DNA of 64,000 bases, from contig JAWOBO010000062.1 of NCBI GenBank assembly GCA_046484225.1, positions 934 through 64,933 on the forward strand, read 5' to 3'. Shown here piece by piece: positions 1 through 9,963 of the stretch; position 1 is the stretch's first letter; the number at the start of each line of letters is the position of its first letter. Made by a program: the position numbers and the translations under genes. Under the pieces are notes generated by a model. That model saw nothing but the letters and a program-made list of their open reading frames with translations. It ran no database searches and had not been told where the DNA came from. This DNA comes from Candidatus Omnitrophota bacterium. Its GTDB lineage: Bacteria > Omnitrophota > Gorgyraeia > Duberdicusellales > 4484-171.

Positions 1-1511
1 GCTACAACTAAAGCTTCGGTGTTTTCAAAATCAGCAAACTCTCTTTTAATATGGGCCTCAACAGGTTTTGGTGTACGCCGTGAACTACTAATTAAAATCT
101 TATAATTCTTTTCTTTAGAAAAGTTTTTTAATTGTTTAATAAAATATTTTACGTTTCTGGAAAATTCATTCTGATCAAAAACTGGCCCGCCAATAAAAAC
201 AGAAACTTTTTTATCCGATGCCAATGAAAAGAATCTTCGGCACTTATCTTTCTTTTTATCTAAATCTACCGGATAAGTTAAGGCCCCTTTAATTTTTATG
301 AGATTATCCGCAAAAATCCGGTCATGCTCGGGAATAATCGCAAGATCAAATTTGGAAGGTGCAAGATTAGTCCGCAAAATTACTGCAATTTTTGCCCCTA
401 AAGACGAAGAAAATATCTTTGCTACAGGAGCTGTGAAATTCCCAGTACTTATAACAATATCAGAAAAATTATTAGCAAGCTTCTGGTAGCTATCTTTATC
501 TAAAATCATCCTTAACAGCCTAATTAATGAAGGAGAAAAACCAGATGAAAAATTAGCAATAAAATTTGCAGCTATGCGCATAAAATTATTTCTGTATCTT
601 ACCTCGACTATTTTGCTGCGTATTTTATGTTTACTTTTTTGCTCTAAAACTGAAAGCAAGGCTTGAGATTGTTTTAGATGCCCTAACTTGCCATCACTAA
701 TAATAGTTACATCTCTATTTTGTTTATATTTAAAGCGTTTATGCTGCCACAAATACTCACGAGGATATTTTTCTAGTTGTTTTTGATAAAGCTGATTAAA
801 AAATGAAAGCAGCTCTCCCTCATCTTTATTGCTTGGGTCTATTGACCCTAAAAATTCAACTTTGTGGCAAAAACCTTCTATTCTCCGATTAAAACAAGGA
901 TATATCTGTTTTTTAAATTTTTTCGCTAAAAAAACGGCTCCTTTAGGAGTCGGTATAGTTTGATCAAAAAAATTGGTCATCTCTGCTCCGGCTTCGGCGC
1001 CGTGGTCAACAACCAAACCAATATAATAGTCTTGTTTGATATATTTTATCAACGAACGCAAATTAAAAGAAACTCCCAATCCTTGGCTTTTTCTAACTTC
1101 ATTGAGAAATTTATTTAGTTTTTTATTTTTCTGTTGTTTAGCTAAAATAGCAAACTTATATTTTTGAGCAAAAGAGAAATTAGCTAGTTCCCAACTACCG
1201 GCATGAATTCCAATACATATACCCGGGCCTTTAAAATAATGCTGGCCTTTTAGCTGGACATAAGGATAAACCCTGGGAGCAATTAAAGTTTCGATAAGGC
1301 TTAAGGAGAAATTATAACAACTTCCTTTAAGAATAGAAATGATCTCTGAGTAAGGCTTATCAGGAAAAGCCATTTTTAAATTCTGGTAAGCTGTTTTTCT
1401 TTTCCTAGTATTTATAAGAAAAACCAAACTAAAAAGTTTAGCATAAAACTTAAGCAAGAAAAAAGGTGTTTTGTGAAAAAGTTTTTGAATGAATTTAGCT
1501 AAAAAATACAT
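1..1511 (-). CDS. Lipid A biosynthesis lauroyl/myristoyl acyltransferase (LpxL/HtrB family, N-terminal ~263 aa) fused in-frame to a C-terminal domain of >=240 aa that runs off the window edge. The C-terminal domain is tentatively ELM1/DUF1022-like (GT-B-like). The gene is not in the supplied ORF track because it has no stop inside the window.
   Basis: Hand translation of the minus strand from ATG at 1509-1511 shows no stop down to coordinate 1. It contains an HxGxWEL motif (GIHAGSWELAN), an N-terminal hydrophobic segment, and the LpxL-like C-terminal motif EYLWQHKRFK. It is followed by an extra domain (DVTIISDGKLGHLKQSQ...KVSVFIGGPVFDQNEF...). It lies directly upstream of lpxK and waaA. Confidence 0.7.
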   Translation of the reverse strand, partial: MYFLAKFIQKLFHKTPFFLLKFYAKLFSLVFLINTRKRKTAYQNLKMAFPDKPYSEIISILKGSCYNFSLSLIETLIAPRVYPYVQLKGQHYFKGPGICIGIHAGSWELANFSFAQKYKFAILAKQQKNKKLNKFLNEVRKSQGLGVSFNLRSLIKYIKQDYYIGLVVDHGAEAGAEMTNFFDQTIPTPKGAVFLAKKFKKQIYPCFNRRIEGFCHKVEFLGSIDPSNKDEGELLSFFNQLYQKQLEKYPREYLWQHKRFKYKQNRDVTIISDGKLGHLKQSQALLSVLEQKSKHKIRSKIVEVRYRNNFMRIAANFIANFSSGFSPSLIRLLRMILDKDSYQKLANNFSDIVISTGNFTAPVAKIFSSSLGAKIAVILRTNLAPSKFDLAIIPEHDRIFADNLIKIKGALTYPVDLDKKKDKCRRFFSLASDKKVSVFIGGPVFDQNEFSRNVKYFIKQLKNFSKEKNYKILISSSRRTPKPVEAHIKREFADFENTEALVV

Positions 1512-1512
1512 A

Positions 1513-2535
1513 TTAATTTAGTTTATTATTAATTTTTTTGGTTATATCCTCTATCAATTTTTCTTTTGCCTCTATCTCTAATTTAACATCAAGAATAAAA
1601 ATATCTATCTTTTTTTGGCCTTTAGGTAAATGGTATTTGTCTTTTCCGGTTATCACTAGCGTATCTATTCCCAATTTCTTTAATTCTTTCTCTAAGCTAG
1701 CATATTCTTGGCCAGATAAACTATAATGATCCGGATACCTAACTTCTCTTTCTAAAGTAGCTCCGGTTTTTTTCAATAGATCAAAAAAACCTTGTGGATA
1801 ACCAATTGCAGCAAAGGCAGCTATTTTTTTATTTTTCAAAAAGTTTAAATCATATGCTTTTCCTTCTAAGTTCTCTAGCCTATTGATTTGATAATTAGCA
1901 AAATAAACTTTTATCAAGGGCGCTGCTTTATAAGCTACTCTTTTAATTCTATCCCGGTTAGCTTCTTCTTTATAATTTACAACTAAAATATCAGCCCGTT
2001 TTATGTTTTTTAAAGGTTCTCTAAAAAAAGACGCCGGAATAAGGTCAACTTTTCTGTTAAATTCCCTCTGTCCCATTATAACAATTTCTAAATCTTTTTT
2101 AAGCTTCCTATATTGAAAACAGTCATCAACTATGAAGAGATCATAATCTTTTTCTAAACTCTTAACTAAACCTAGACGATCTGGGGAAGAAAAAACTGAA
2201 TCACACTCTTTTTTGATTAGTTTTTTTTCGTCTTCACCATAGCCTCTTCTTAAAATTCCTGTTTTAAATTTTATATTTAACCGTTTGTACAACCATAAAC
2301 AAAATGGAGTCTTTCCCGTTCCGGCCCAAGATATATTACCTACGCCAATCAAAAAAGATGAATCGGGGTTGTATGAGTTAATTATTCCTTTATTATAAAT
2401 AAAATTACGAATTCCAATAAAAGCTCTATAGGCCAAAGAAAGACAATAAAGAAAAATATATAATATTTTTCCAAAAAAAGAGTGCTTGTCCTCCTCAACA
2501 AACCTAATATAGCTCATCTTAATTTTATTTTTCAT
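1513..2535 (-). CDS. lpxK: Tetraacyldisaccharide 4'-kinase
   Basis: GNISWAGTGKTPF P-loop typical of LpxK; ~340 aa; adjacent to waaA and lpxL. Confidence 0.85.
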   Translation of the reverse strand: MKNKIKMSYIRFVEEDKHSFFGKILYIFLYCLSLAYRAFIGIRNFIYNKGIINSYNPDSSFLIGVGNISWAGTGKTPFCLWLYKRLNIKFKTGILRRGYGEDEKKLIKKECDSVFSSPDRLGLVKSLEKDYDLFIVDDCFQYRKLKKDLEIVIMGQREFNRKVDLIPASFFREPLKNIKRADILVVNYKEEANRDRIKRVAYKAAPLIKVYFANYQINRLENLEGKAYDLNFLKNKKIAAFAAIGYPQGFFDLLKKTGATLEREVRYPDHYSLSGQEYASLEKELKKLGIDTLVITGKDKYHLPKGQKKIDIFILDVKLEIEAKEKLIEDITKKINNKLN

Positions 2536-3826
2536 AAATATCTTTAATTTCTTCTAATATCATTTTAAAGTTTTGCCCTAAACTATCTTCTTTTTTAAAA
2601 ACATCAGTAGCAGCATCGGCATAATCTATGCGTTTATTTTTATTTTTTAACAAAATTATTAGTTCTTCCTTTAACTGCTGAGAAGATTCCACTTGAATCC
2701 CAGCTGAAGATTCAAGAACTTTTAGAGCAATGTCAGAAAAATTTTCCATGCTTGGCCCAAAAATAACTGGTTTTAAGAAATATATTGGTTCTAAGATATT
2801 ATGTCCGCCGGAACCAGAAAGAGTTCCTCCTACAAAACAAATATCACAGATACTATAGAAATAAAGGAGCTGGCCTACACTATCTAAAATAAATACATCA
2901 TTTTTTTTATAAGATGTTTGGCTAATTTTGCTTATCCGTACCGGCCTAAAACCTTCAGCTAAAATATTTTTTTCAATTGAAGCTACTCTTCCAGGATGAC
3001 GCGGAGCAATTAAAAGAGATAGATTGTGCTTTAGGTATAACTCCTTATAAATAGTTAAAACAATCTTTTCTTCTGGGCTATGAGTGCTTGCTGCCAAAAA
3101 AAGATCTTTAGTACCCGGTTTTAAGACAGTGCTATATTCTTTTTTGGCTTCTTCAACAAGTTTTTTTTCTGGATGAATACTATTAAACTTTAAATTACCG
3201 GTAACTGGAACTTTACCAGGCTTTGCACCTAAATCAATAAACCTTTTCTGATACTTTTTATTTTGAACTCCAATACGGCTACACCCAGATAAAATCTTTT
3301 TCATAAATGGTTTAATTGATTGATAACGCCGAAAAGCTCGATCAGAGATTCTTCCATTGATGATTAGAAAAGGTATATTTTTTTTTCGAAGGCGTAAAAT
3401 AAAATTTGGCCAAAGCTCAGTTTCAGCTGCGATAACTACTATCGGATCAATTTTTTTTAAAAATCTTTTTATAATAAAAGAAATATCTAAAGGAAAATAA
3501 ATTATTTTTGCGGATCCTTGATACTTTTTGACAGCTACACGGTTTCCGGTTAAAGTTGTTGTAGAAATAATAATCGGATAGTTTAAGCTTACCATTAATT
3601 TATTAACTATCGGTTCGATTAAATTAATTTCCCCTACACTCACCGCATGAATCCAGATAGACCTCTTAAAAGTCGGTAGAAAAAAACCCAGCTTTTTAAA
3701 TAATGAAGAAATTATAATCTTTTTCCTCAAACAATAAAAAGGTAAATACAATAAAAACCCAATGCTAAATGTAATATCATAAAACAAAAATAGTAGTTCT
3801 CGAATTAAATTTCTCATATCTATCAA
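2525..3826 (-). CDS. waaA: 3-deoxy-D-manno-octulosonic acid (Kdo) transferase
   Basis: IWIHAVSVGEINLIEPIV motif (WxHaaSVGE) of KdtA/WaaA; 433 aa; lipid A gene context. Confidence 0.85.
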   Translation of the reverse strand: MIDMRNLIRELLFLFYDITFSIGFLLYLPFYCLRKKIIISSLFKKLGFFLPTFKRSIWIHAVSVGEINLIEPIVNKLMVSLNYPIIISTTTLTGNRVAVKKYQGSAKIIYFPLDISFIIKRFLKKIDPIVVIAAETELWPNFILRLRKKNIPFLIINGRISDRAFRRYQSIKPFMKKILSGCSRIGVQNKKYQKRFIDLGAKPGKVPVTGNLKFNSIHPEKKLVEEAKKEYSTVLKPGTKDLFLAASTHSPEEKIVLTIYKELYLKHNLSLLIAPRHPGRVASIEKNILAEGFRPVRISKISQTSYKKNDVFILDSVGQLLYFYSICDICFVGGTLSGSGGHNILEPIYFLKPVIFGPSMENFSDIALKVLESSAGIQVESSQQLKEELIILLKNKNKRIDYADAATDVFKKEDSLGQNFKMILEEIKDIYEK

Positions 3827-3838
3827 AACATTATTAAA

Positions 3839-4720
3839 TTACCGAGCTCGCGGATGAGTTCTTTGATACATTTTCTTTAACGAATCTAGACTAATGTGAG
3901 TATAAATTTGAGTAGTTGAAATACTAGAGTGGCCAAGCAACTCTTGTACGCTCCGTAGATCAGCCCCATGGTTTAGAAGATGAGTTGCAAAAGAATGACG
4001 AAATACGTGGGGAGAAACATCTAAAGAAAGAGCGGCATTCTTAATATATTTTGAAATTATCAACCTTACCCCTCGATCACCCAATGGTTTATTATTTTTA
4101 TTTAAAAAAAGTACACGTTGGTCATCTCTACGGCCTGATAAATACAATCTAATACTTTCAATCGCCGGCTCGCCCAAAGGAAGCAACCGCTCCTTTTTTC
4201 CTTTGCCGGTAACCTTAACTACCCCGCCGATTAAATCAAGATTATCTAATTTTATCGAAACCAATTCAGAGACTCGAGCTCCCGTAGAATAAAGAAGTTC
4301 TAAAATAGCTTTATCACGCACTCCTAACAATTTATTTGTATCCGGTAATTCTAAAATTTTTCTAACCTGGTCTTCGGTAAGAAACTTCGGCAACGGCTTG
4401 TCTAGACGGGGATAAATTAAAGAAGCGGCAGGATTATTTTTTAAAATCCTTTCTCTTAAAAGAAATTTAAAAAAACTTTTTAAAGTTGATATTTTACGAG
4501 AAATAGTACGTTTATTTAGTTTTTTCTTATTTAATAAACTTAAAAACTTTCGTAAAATAAAATAATCAATTTCTTTTATGTCAACTTCATCGTTGCTTTT
4601 TATAAATTTTTCAAATTCTTTCAAATCTCGCTTGTAGTTTTTGCAAGTATGGATTGAATAGTTCTTCTCCATCTCAATATAATTTAAAAATTTATCAATA
4701 TAATAAGAATAAGGTACCAT
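3839..4720 (-). CDS. Tyrosine site-specific recombinase, XerC/XerD type
   Basis: C-terminal catalytic motifs HVFRHSFATHLL, LLGHSSISTTQIYTH; ~293 aa. Confidence 0.85.
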   Translation of the reverse strand: MVPYSYYIDKFLNYIEMEKNYSIHTCKNYKRDLKEFEKFIKSNDEVDIKEIDYFILRKFLSLLNKKKLNKRTISRKISTLKSFFKFLLRERILKNNPAASLIYPRLDKPLPKFLTEDQVRKILELPDTNKLLGVRDKAILELLYSTGARVSELVSIKLDNLDLIGGVVKVTGKGKKERLLPLGEPAIESIRLYLSGRRDDQRVLFLNKNNKPLGDRGVRLIISKYIKNAALSLDVSPHVFRHSFATHLLNHGADLRSVQELLGHSSISTTQIYTHISLDSLKKMYQRTHPRAR

Positions 4721-4737
4721 AACTACTTAAACCACCG

Positions 4738-4820
4738 CTCCGATAGACGACCGCTCCGCTAAGACGATAGACGAAGGACGTTTTCGTCCTTTCGTCCGTC
4801 ATCCATCGTCTGTCGGAACC
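4738..4820. repeat. Dispersed palindromic repeat, family A copy 1 (~83 bp, TTCCGATAGA ... CGCTAAGACGAYAGACG ... TTCGTCCTTTCGTCC ... TCGGAAC), followed by a T-run that abuts the topA stop.
   Basis: Directly alignable by eye with the copies at 8216-8296, 43060-43140, 46002-46083 and 48098-48169; termini are inverted repeats (GTTCCGAWAGACGA / TCGTCYYTCGGWAC). Confidence 0.8.
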
Positions 4821-4825
4821 TTTTT

Positions 4826-6808
4826 TTACTTGCTTTCTGAACCATCCTTCTCTTCATCTTGGTTAGGACTTTCTTTGAGTTGATCGAGATTTCTGATTGT
4901 ATACCGGCACTCTGGAAAATTAGTGCATCCATAAAAAATTTGTCCACGCCGGTTACGCCGCTGTAAAATCTCGCCTTTATTACAATCGGGACATTTAATT
5001 CCGGTAGTTATACTTTCAGCGTAGCGGCAACTAGGAAAGTTTTCACAACTTAAAAACTTACCTTTTCTTGACCATTTAACAACTAACCTGCCTCCGCAGC
5101 GAGGACAATTTTTATCAGAATAAACCACTTCTTTTTTTATTGTTTTCGATACTTTTTCAACCTGCTTTTGAAAATCAGGATAAAAATTTTTAAGTATTTG
5201 ACTCCAAACTACTTTGCCTTCTTCTACTTTATCAAGTTTTGTTTCCATGCTAGCCGTAAATCCATAATCCATAATTTTTTTGAAATGTTTTATTAAAAAA
5301 TCAGCAACCTTAATTCCTAAATCAGTTGGACACAAATAACTTTTCTCTCTCCTTGCATAGTTTCTTCTTAATAAAGTAAAGATGGTAGGAGCATAAGTAG
5401 ACGGCCTTCCAATGCCCTTTTCTTCTAATATTTTTATCAAAGAAGCATCATTATACCTGGCTGGAGGCTTAGTGGAATGCTTTTTTACCTCAAGAGCCTT
5501 TAGCCTAAGTTTATCCCCTTTGGTAAAACCAGGCAAATGTGACTTTTGATCCTGAGGGTAAAGTTTTAGAAACCCAGGAAAAACCAACTTTTTATCTTCT
5601 GCTAAAAATAATGCTTGTTCAGTTTTGATCTTTATCTTTATATTTTCAAAAACAGCTTCAGCCATAAATGAAGCAGTAAATCTGCGCCAGATTAATTGAT
5701 AAAGCCTGAACTGATCTTTAGTAAGATATTGGCCAATTTCATCTGGCCTCCTCCTAACATCAGTCGGCCTTATTGCTTCATGAGCTAGTTGAGCTCCTTT
5801 TTTCTTTTTTCGCTTATAAACTTTTTTTGACAGATAATTTTTGCCAAATTCAGTTTTGATAAATTCAGCAACCACATCTTTAGCCTTTTGGCTTACTGCA
5901 AATGAATCTGTACGCATATAGGTTATAAGGCCAATATTTTCACCTTCTAAGGTTATACCTTCATACAATTGTTGAGCAACCACCATCGTTTTTTGTGCAG
6001 AAAAACGTAATTTGTTAAATGCTTCTTGCTGTAAAGAAGATGTAATATGGGGAGCCCGGGGTTTGCGTTTATTTTTTTTCTTCAATATATCATCAATAAA
6101 AAAATCTTGATTAACCAATTGATTCTTGCATTCATCAGCCTCTTGCTTAGCTTTAAATATACCTTTTCGATCTTGATATTTTTTGAGTTTGGCCTCAAAT
6201 TCAGCTTCTTTATAACTGAAATTTGCTTCTAGGCTATAAGTGATTTCAGGAACAAATTTTTCTATCTCTCTTTCTTTTTCAACTATAAAACGCAGAGCGA
6301 CTGATTGGACTCGGCCGGCCGAAAGGCCTCGAACAATCTTTTTCCACAAAAGAGGTGAAAGTCGATAGCCTACCACCCTATCTAGAACCCTTCTTGCCAT
6401 TTGAGCTTGAACTTTTTTTAAATCAAGCTGACCAGGATCAGCCAAAGCTTCCTTGATCGCATCCTTGGTAATCTCATGGAAGATTATCCGATAAAACTTT
6501 TTATCTTTCTTGTTTAATTTTTCCTTTATGTGCCAACTAATAGCTTCTCCTTCTCGATCAGGATCAGTGGCCAAATAAATTGCTTCTTTATCTTTAGCTT
6601 TTTTCTTAAGTTCAGAAATAATTTTTTTCTTCCCAGAAAGAACGGTATAAAGAGGTTGAAAATCTCCCTTTACATCTACAGCCAATTTGCTGGAAGGAAG
6701 ATCTACTACATGCCCTTTCGAAGACGAGATTTCATAATCTTTGCCCAAAAAAGAGGAAAGCGTCCTAGCTTTAGTTGGAGATTCTACAATAATCAAATAT
6801 TTACTCAT
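4826..6808 (-). CDS. topA: DNA topoisomerase I with C-terminal zinc ribbons
   Basis: TOPRIM N-terminus (LIIVESPTKARTL), active-site region, two C4 zinc-ribbon motifs at the C-terminus; 660 aa. Confidence 0.9.
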   Translation of the reverse strand: MSKYLIIVESPTKARTLSSFLGKDYEISSSKGHVVDLPSSKLAVDVKGDFQPLYTVLSGKKKIISELKKKAKDKEAIYLATDPDREGEAISWHIKEKLNKKDKKFYRIIFHEITKDAIKEALADPGQLDLKKVQAQMARRVLDRVVGYRLSPLLWKKIVRGLSAGRVQSVALRFIVEKEREIEKFVPEITYSLEANFSYKEAEFEAKLKKYQDRKGIFKAKQEADECKNQLVNQDFFIDDILKKKNKRKPRAPHITSSLQQEAFNKLRFSAQKTMVVAQQLYEGITLEGENIGLITYMRTDSFAVSQKAKDVVAEFIKTEFGKNYLSKKVYKRKKKKGAQLAHEAIRPTDVRRRPDEIGQYLTKDQFRLYQLIWRRFTASFMAEAVFENIKIKIKTEQALFLAEDKKLVFPGFLKLYPQDQKSHLPGFTKGDKLRLKALEVKKHSTKPPARYNDASLIKILEEKGIGRPSTYAPTIFTLLRRNYARREKSYLCPTDLGIKVADFLIKHFKKIMDYGFTASMETKLDKVEEGKVVWSQILKNFYPDFQKQVEKVSKTIKKEVVYSDKNCPRCGGRLVVKWSRKGKFLSCENFPSCRYAESITTGIKCPDCNKGEILQRRNRRGQIFYGCTNFPECRYTIRNLDQLKESPNQDEEKDGSESK

Positions 6809-6810
6809 AA

Positions 6811-6850
6811 AATTGGTTAATTGGTTAAATAGTTAATTGGTTAATTGGAT
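6811..6850. repeat. Short tandem repeat (TTAATTGG/TTAATTAG)n spanning the topA 5'UTR and the last codons of dprA
   Basis: aattggttaattggttaaatagttaattggttaattgg; the same repeat unit recurs at 23641-23680. Confidence 0.7.
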
Positions 6851-7709
6851 AATTTAATTCTTCTAGTATATCTTCAATCGAATCTACTAATTTAGCGCCT
6901 TCTTTAATTAGAGAGTTTGGCCCCTTGCTTTGAAATTTGTCAATATTACCCGGCACAGCAAACACTTCACGATTTTGTCCCAGAGCAAAATTCGCTGTAA
7001 TTAAAGCACCACTGCGCTGAGCTGCTTCAACTACAACTACCCCCTTAGATAAACCACTGATAATTCTATTGCGCCGCGGAAAATTACAAGCCAAAGGTGC
7101 AGTTTTTATGGGATATTCAGAAATTAACAAACCTTCTTTTGAGATTAATTCTGCTAACTTTTTATTTTGACGCGGATAAAGATAGTTTAGGCCGCTTCCT
7201 AACACTGCTACTGTCGACCCCCTGGCTGCAATAACACCTCTATGGGCCGATGTGTCTATCCCCAAAGCTAAACCAGAAACTATATTTATGTCTAATGAGC
7301 TAAGCTTATAAGAAAAATTAAAAGCTGTCGATTTTCCGTAATTAGTAGGAGTTCGCGTTCCCACAATAGCAATCGACTCTTTGTCTAAAAGTTTAATATC
7401 TCCCCTAGCATATAAAACCAAAGGTGGTGAACTTATCTGCTTTAGATAGTTCGGATAATCTGGCTCAAAAAAATCTATGACTTTTATTTTATTTTTTTCT
7501 ATCAGTCTTAATTCATCATCTAAAACAGTTGATTTTTTAAAAGACAAAATTTTCTCAATGTCCTTTTTTCTTAAAAAAGGAAAAGTTCTTAAATCAGAAC
7601 CATTTAGCTTTAAGATCTCATCTAAATCAGATAAATGTTCAACTATTTTTTTAACTTTGGTAGGTCCTATTCCGGCGAGATTCAATAATATAGAGCCTTT
7701 CTTAGCCAT
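6825..7709 (-). CDS. dprA: DNA processing protein A (Smf)
   Basis: Rossmann-like DprA core (IVGTRTPTNYG, GLALGIDTSAHRG, VVVEA...SGALITA). Confidence 0.85.
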   Translation of the reverse strand: MAKKGSILLNLAGIGPTKVKKIVEHLSDLDEILKLNGSDLRTFPFLRKKDIEKILSFKKSTVLDDELRLIEKNKIKVIDFFEPDYPNYLKQISSPPLVLYARGDIKLLDKESIAIVGTRTPTNYGKSTAFNFSYKLSSLDINIVSGLALGIDTSAHRGVIAARGSTVAVLGSGLNYLYPRQNKKLAELISKEGLLISEYPIKTAPLACNFPRRNRIISGLSKGVVVVEAAQRSGALITANFALGQNREVFAVPGNIDKFQSKGPNSLIKEGAKLVDSIEDILEELNYPINQLTI

Positions 7710-8208
7710 TTTCTAACAATTTTAAAATATGATCAGCAACATCTTGAACACAGAGATTATCTGTGTCTATTTTTGTACCTGCCTTTTGGTAAAAAGGCTT
7801 TCTAGCCTCAAGTAATGCTTTTATTTTCCCTAAAGGATCAGCCACATTTAAAAGGGGCCTCTGGTCAGAACCTTTAGTTCGTTTAAAAATCGAATCAGCC
7901 GAAGCATAAAGAGAAAATACATAGCCTGTGTTTTGTAAAATATATAAATTTTCTTGATTGCACACAACCCCTCCGCCACAGCTAACCACCAAATCCGACT
8001 GAGAAGACAATCTTTCTAACAATTTATTTTCTAATCTCCGAAAATAATCTTGCCCGTTTTGAGCAAAAATATCCTTAATTTCTTTTTTTTCTCCTTGCTC
8101 AATCAATTGATCCATTTCAACAAATTTTTTCTTCAACCTATTTGCCAAAACTTTACCAACAGCGGTTTTCCCTGTCCCCATAAAACCCACTAAATAGATA
8201 TTTTTCAT
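7702..8208 (-). CDS. aroK: Shikimate kinase (start refined to internal Met; the track ORF extends to 8259)
   Basis: MKNIYLVGFMGTGKTAVG Walker A at the refined N-terminus; GGAAGG Shine-Dalgarno upstream of ATG at 8206-8208; the longer ORF would run into repeat A2. Confidence 0.8.
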   Translation of the reverse strand: MKNIYLVGFMGTGKTAVGKVLANRLKKKFVEMDQLIEQGEKKEIKDIFAQNGQDYFRRLENKLLERLSSQSDLVVSCGGGVVCNQENLYILQNTGYVFSLYASADSIFKRTKGSDQRPLLNVADPLGKIKALLEARKPFYQKAGTKIDTDNLCVQDVADHILKLLENG

Positions 8209-8215
8209 AGTTTCC

Positions 8216-8296
8216 TTCCGATAGACCAAAGACAACCGCTCTGCTAAGACGACAGACATTTCGTCCTTTCATCCATCGTCCCTCGTCTTTCGGAAC
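8216..8296. repeat. Dispersed palindromic repeat, family A copy 2
   Basis: ttccgatagaccaaagacaaccgctctgctaagacgacagacatttcgtcctttcatccatcgtccctcgtctttcggaac; the termini are exact reverse complements. Confidence 0.8.
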
Positions 8297-8309
8297 TATC
8301 TTTATCCTC

Positions 8310-9473
8310 TTACTTGGCGTATTTTTTAATTAAGTTAAGAGCAATAATATCTTTTTGTATTTGATTTGTTCCTTCGTAAATTTGAGTAATTTTAGCATCG
8401 CGCATAAACTTCTCTACCGGATACTCTTTCATATAACCATAACCACCATAGATCTGAACTGCATCAGTTGTAACTTCCATCGCAACATCGGAAGCAAAAA
8501 GTTTAGCTGCAGCTGAAGCACCCCCCACAGATTTTAGACCTCTATCAACCATTGAAGCAGTAGAATAAACAAGGCTCCTTGCAGCTTCAACCTTTGTAGC
8601 CATATCAGCCAACATCCATTGGATACCTTGGAACCCAGTTATTGGTTGACCAAATTGTACGCGTTGATGAGCATACTTGGTAGCTGCCTCCAACGCCCCT
8701 TGAGCAATTCCTACAGCCTGAGCCGCAACCCCCGGTCTTGACTGATCAAAAGTTTTCATAGTAGCAACAAAGCCAATACCTTCTCTTTGCCCTAGGAGAT
8801 TAGCCGCAGGGACTTTCGCATCGTCAAAAATCAATTCACCTGTTGACGAAGCACGAATTCCTAATTTTTCTTCCTTTTTCCCAAAGTTGAAACCCTCAGT
8901 ACCTTTTTCCACAATAAAAGCAGACATCCCGCGAGCTCCTCTTTTTTTATTTGTTGCAGCGATAACAGTATAAACATCGGCATCACCACCGTTGGTAATA
9001 AAATGTTTTGTCCCGTTTAAAATATAAGAATCACCTTCCCGTCTAGCTGTAGTTTGCACAGCTGAGGCGTCAGAACCTGCCTCAGGCTCAGTTAAAGCAA
9101 AAGCAGCTAGCTTTTCTCCGGAAGCAATACCAGGTAAATACTTTTTCTTTTGTTCTTCTGTGCCAAACAAAAGTATAGGAAACATTCCTAAAAAAGATGC
9201 AGCATAAGAAGCTGCTACTCCTCCGTCAACACGAGAAATTTCTTCAGTAGCTATACATAAATCCATAAGGCCGGTTCCCATTCCTCCGTATTCGGAAGGA
9301 ATACATAAAGAAAAAAGGTCTGATTGAGCTAAAACCTTCATAATTTGAGTTGGGAACTCTTCTTTTTCATCCATCTCACTTGAAAATGGTTTAATCTTCT
9401 CTTCTGCTATTTGACGAGTCAAATCTCTTAACATTTTTTGTTCTTCAGTCAAGTTATGATCTACAAGAAACAT
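8310..9473 (-). CDS. Acyl-CoA dehydrogenase (short/medium-chain type)
   Basis: 387 aa; ACAD family motifs (FALTEPEAGSDA, YEGTNQIQ near the C-terminus). Confidence 0.85.
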   Translation of the reverse strand: MFLVDHNLTEEQKMLRDLTRQIAEEKIKPFSSEMDEKEEFPTQIMKVLAQSDLFSLCIPSEYGGMGTGLMDLCIATEEISRVDGGVAASYAASFLGMFPILLFGTEEQKKKYLPGIASGEKLAAFALTEPEAGSDASAVQTTARREGDSYILNGTKHFITNGGDADVYTVIAATNKKRGARGMSAFIVEKGTEGFNFGKKEEKLGIRASSTGELIFDDAKVPAANLLGQREGIGFVATMKTFDQSRPGVAAQAVGIAQGALEAATKYAHQRVQFGQPITGFQGIQWMLADMATKVEAARSLVYSTASMVDRGLKSVGGASAAAKLFASDVAMEVTTDAVQIYGGYGYMKEYPVEKFMRDAKITQIYEGTNQIQKDIIALNLIKKYAK

Positions 9474-9489
9474 AGTCTCCTCCTTAATT

Positions 9490-9963
9490 TTATATTTTAA
9501 TAATTACGGCTTCTTCCTTACAGTCGGGAAAATATCTACAGTTTAGACATTCTGTCCAAATCTTATGCGGCAAATCATTTTTATCTATTAGATAAAAACC
9601 TTGTTTCTTAAAAAATTCCGAAGAAAAAGTCAAAGCAAATACCTCAGATATTTTTAGACTTTTTGCCTCTTCAAGAGTTTTTTGCACTAACTGGGTTCCA
9701 ATATTCTTTTTTCTAAAATTATCATCAACAACTAAAGACTTTATTTCAGCTAAAGATTGCCAACCAACCACATGTAAACTACAACAACCTACTATCCTTT
9801 CCCCTTCTAGATAAACCCAAAAGTCTCTGATGTTTTCATAGATATAGTTTAGAGACCTCTCTAGGACCTGACCCTGTTTAGCTGCTGAGTTTATCAACTG
9901 ATGAACTTTCTTAGCTTTATCTATTGTTATCTTTTTTATCATTTTAGCAAAAAAGTTCCTCAA
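9490..9963 (-). CDS. GNAT-family N-acetyltransferase (short ArgA-like) with a C-terminal Cys cluster
   Basis: GNAT acetyl-CoA motif (VVDDNFRKKNIGTQLV); C-terminal CLNCRYFPDC. Confidence 0.6.
   Translation of the reverse strand: MRNFFAKMIKKITIDKAKKVHQLINSAAKQGQVLERSLNYIYENIRDFWVYLEGERIVGCCSLHVVGWQSLAEIKSLVVDDNFRKKNIGTQLVQKTLEEAKSLKISEVFALTFSSEFFKKQGFYLIDKNDLPHKIWTECLNCRYFPDCKEEAVIIKI

Noticed and set aside
298-489. Plus-strand 63-aa ORF
   Set aside because: Lies antisense inside the uninterrupted minus-strand LpxL-fusion reading frame and has no ribosome-binding site.
4759-4947. Minus-strand 62-aa ORF overlapping the topA 3' end and repeat A1
   Set aside because: Out of frame with topA and runs through the dispersed repeat; no support.
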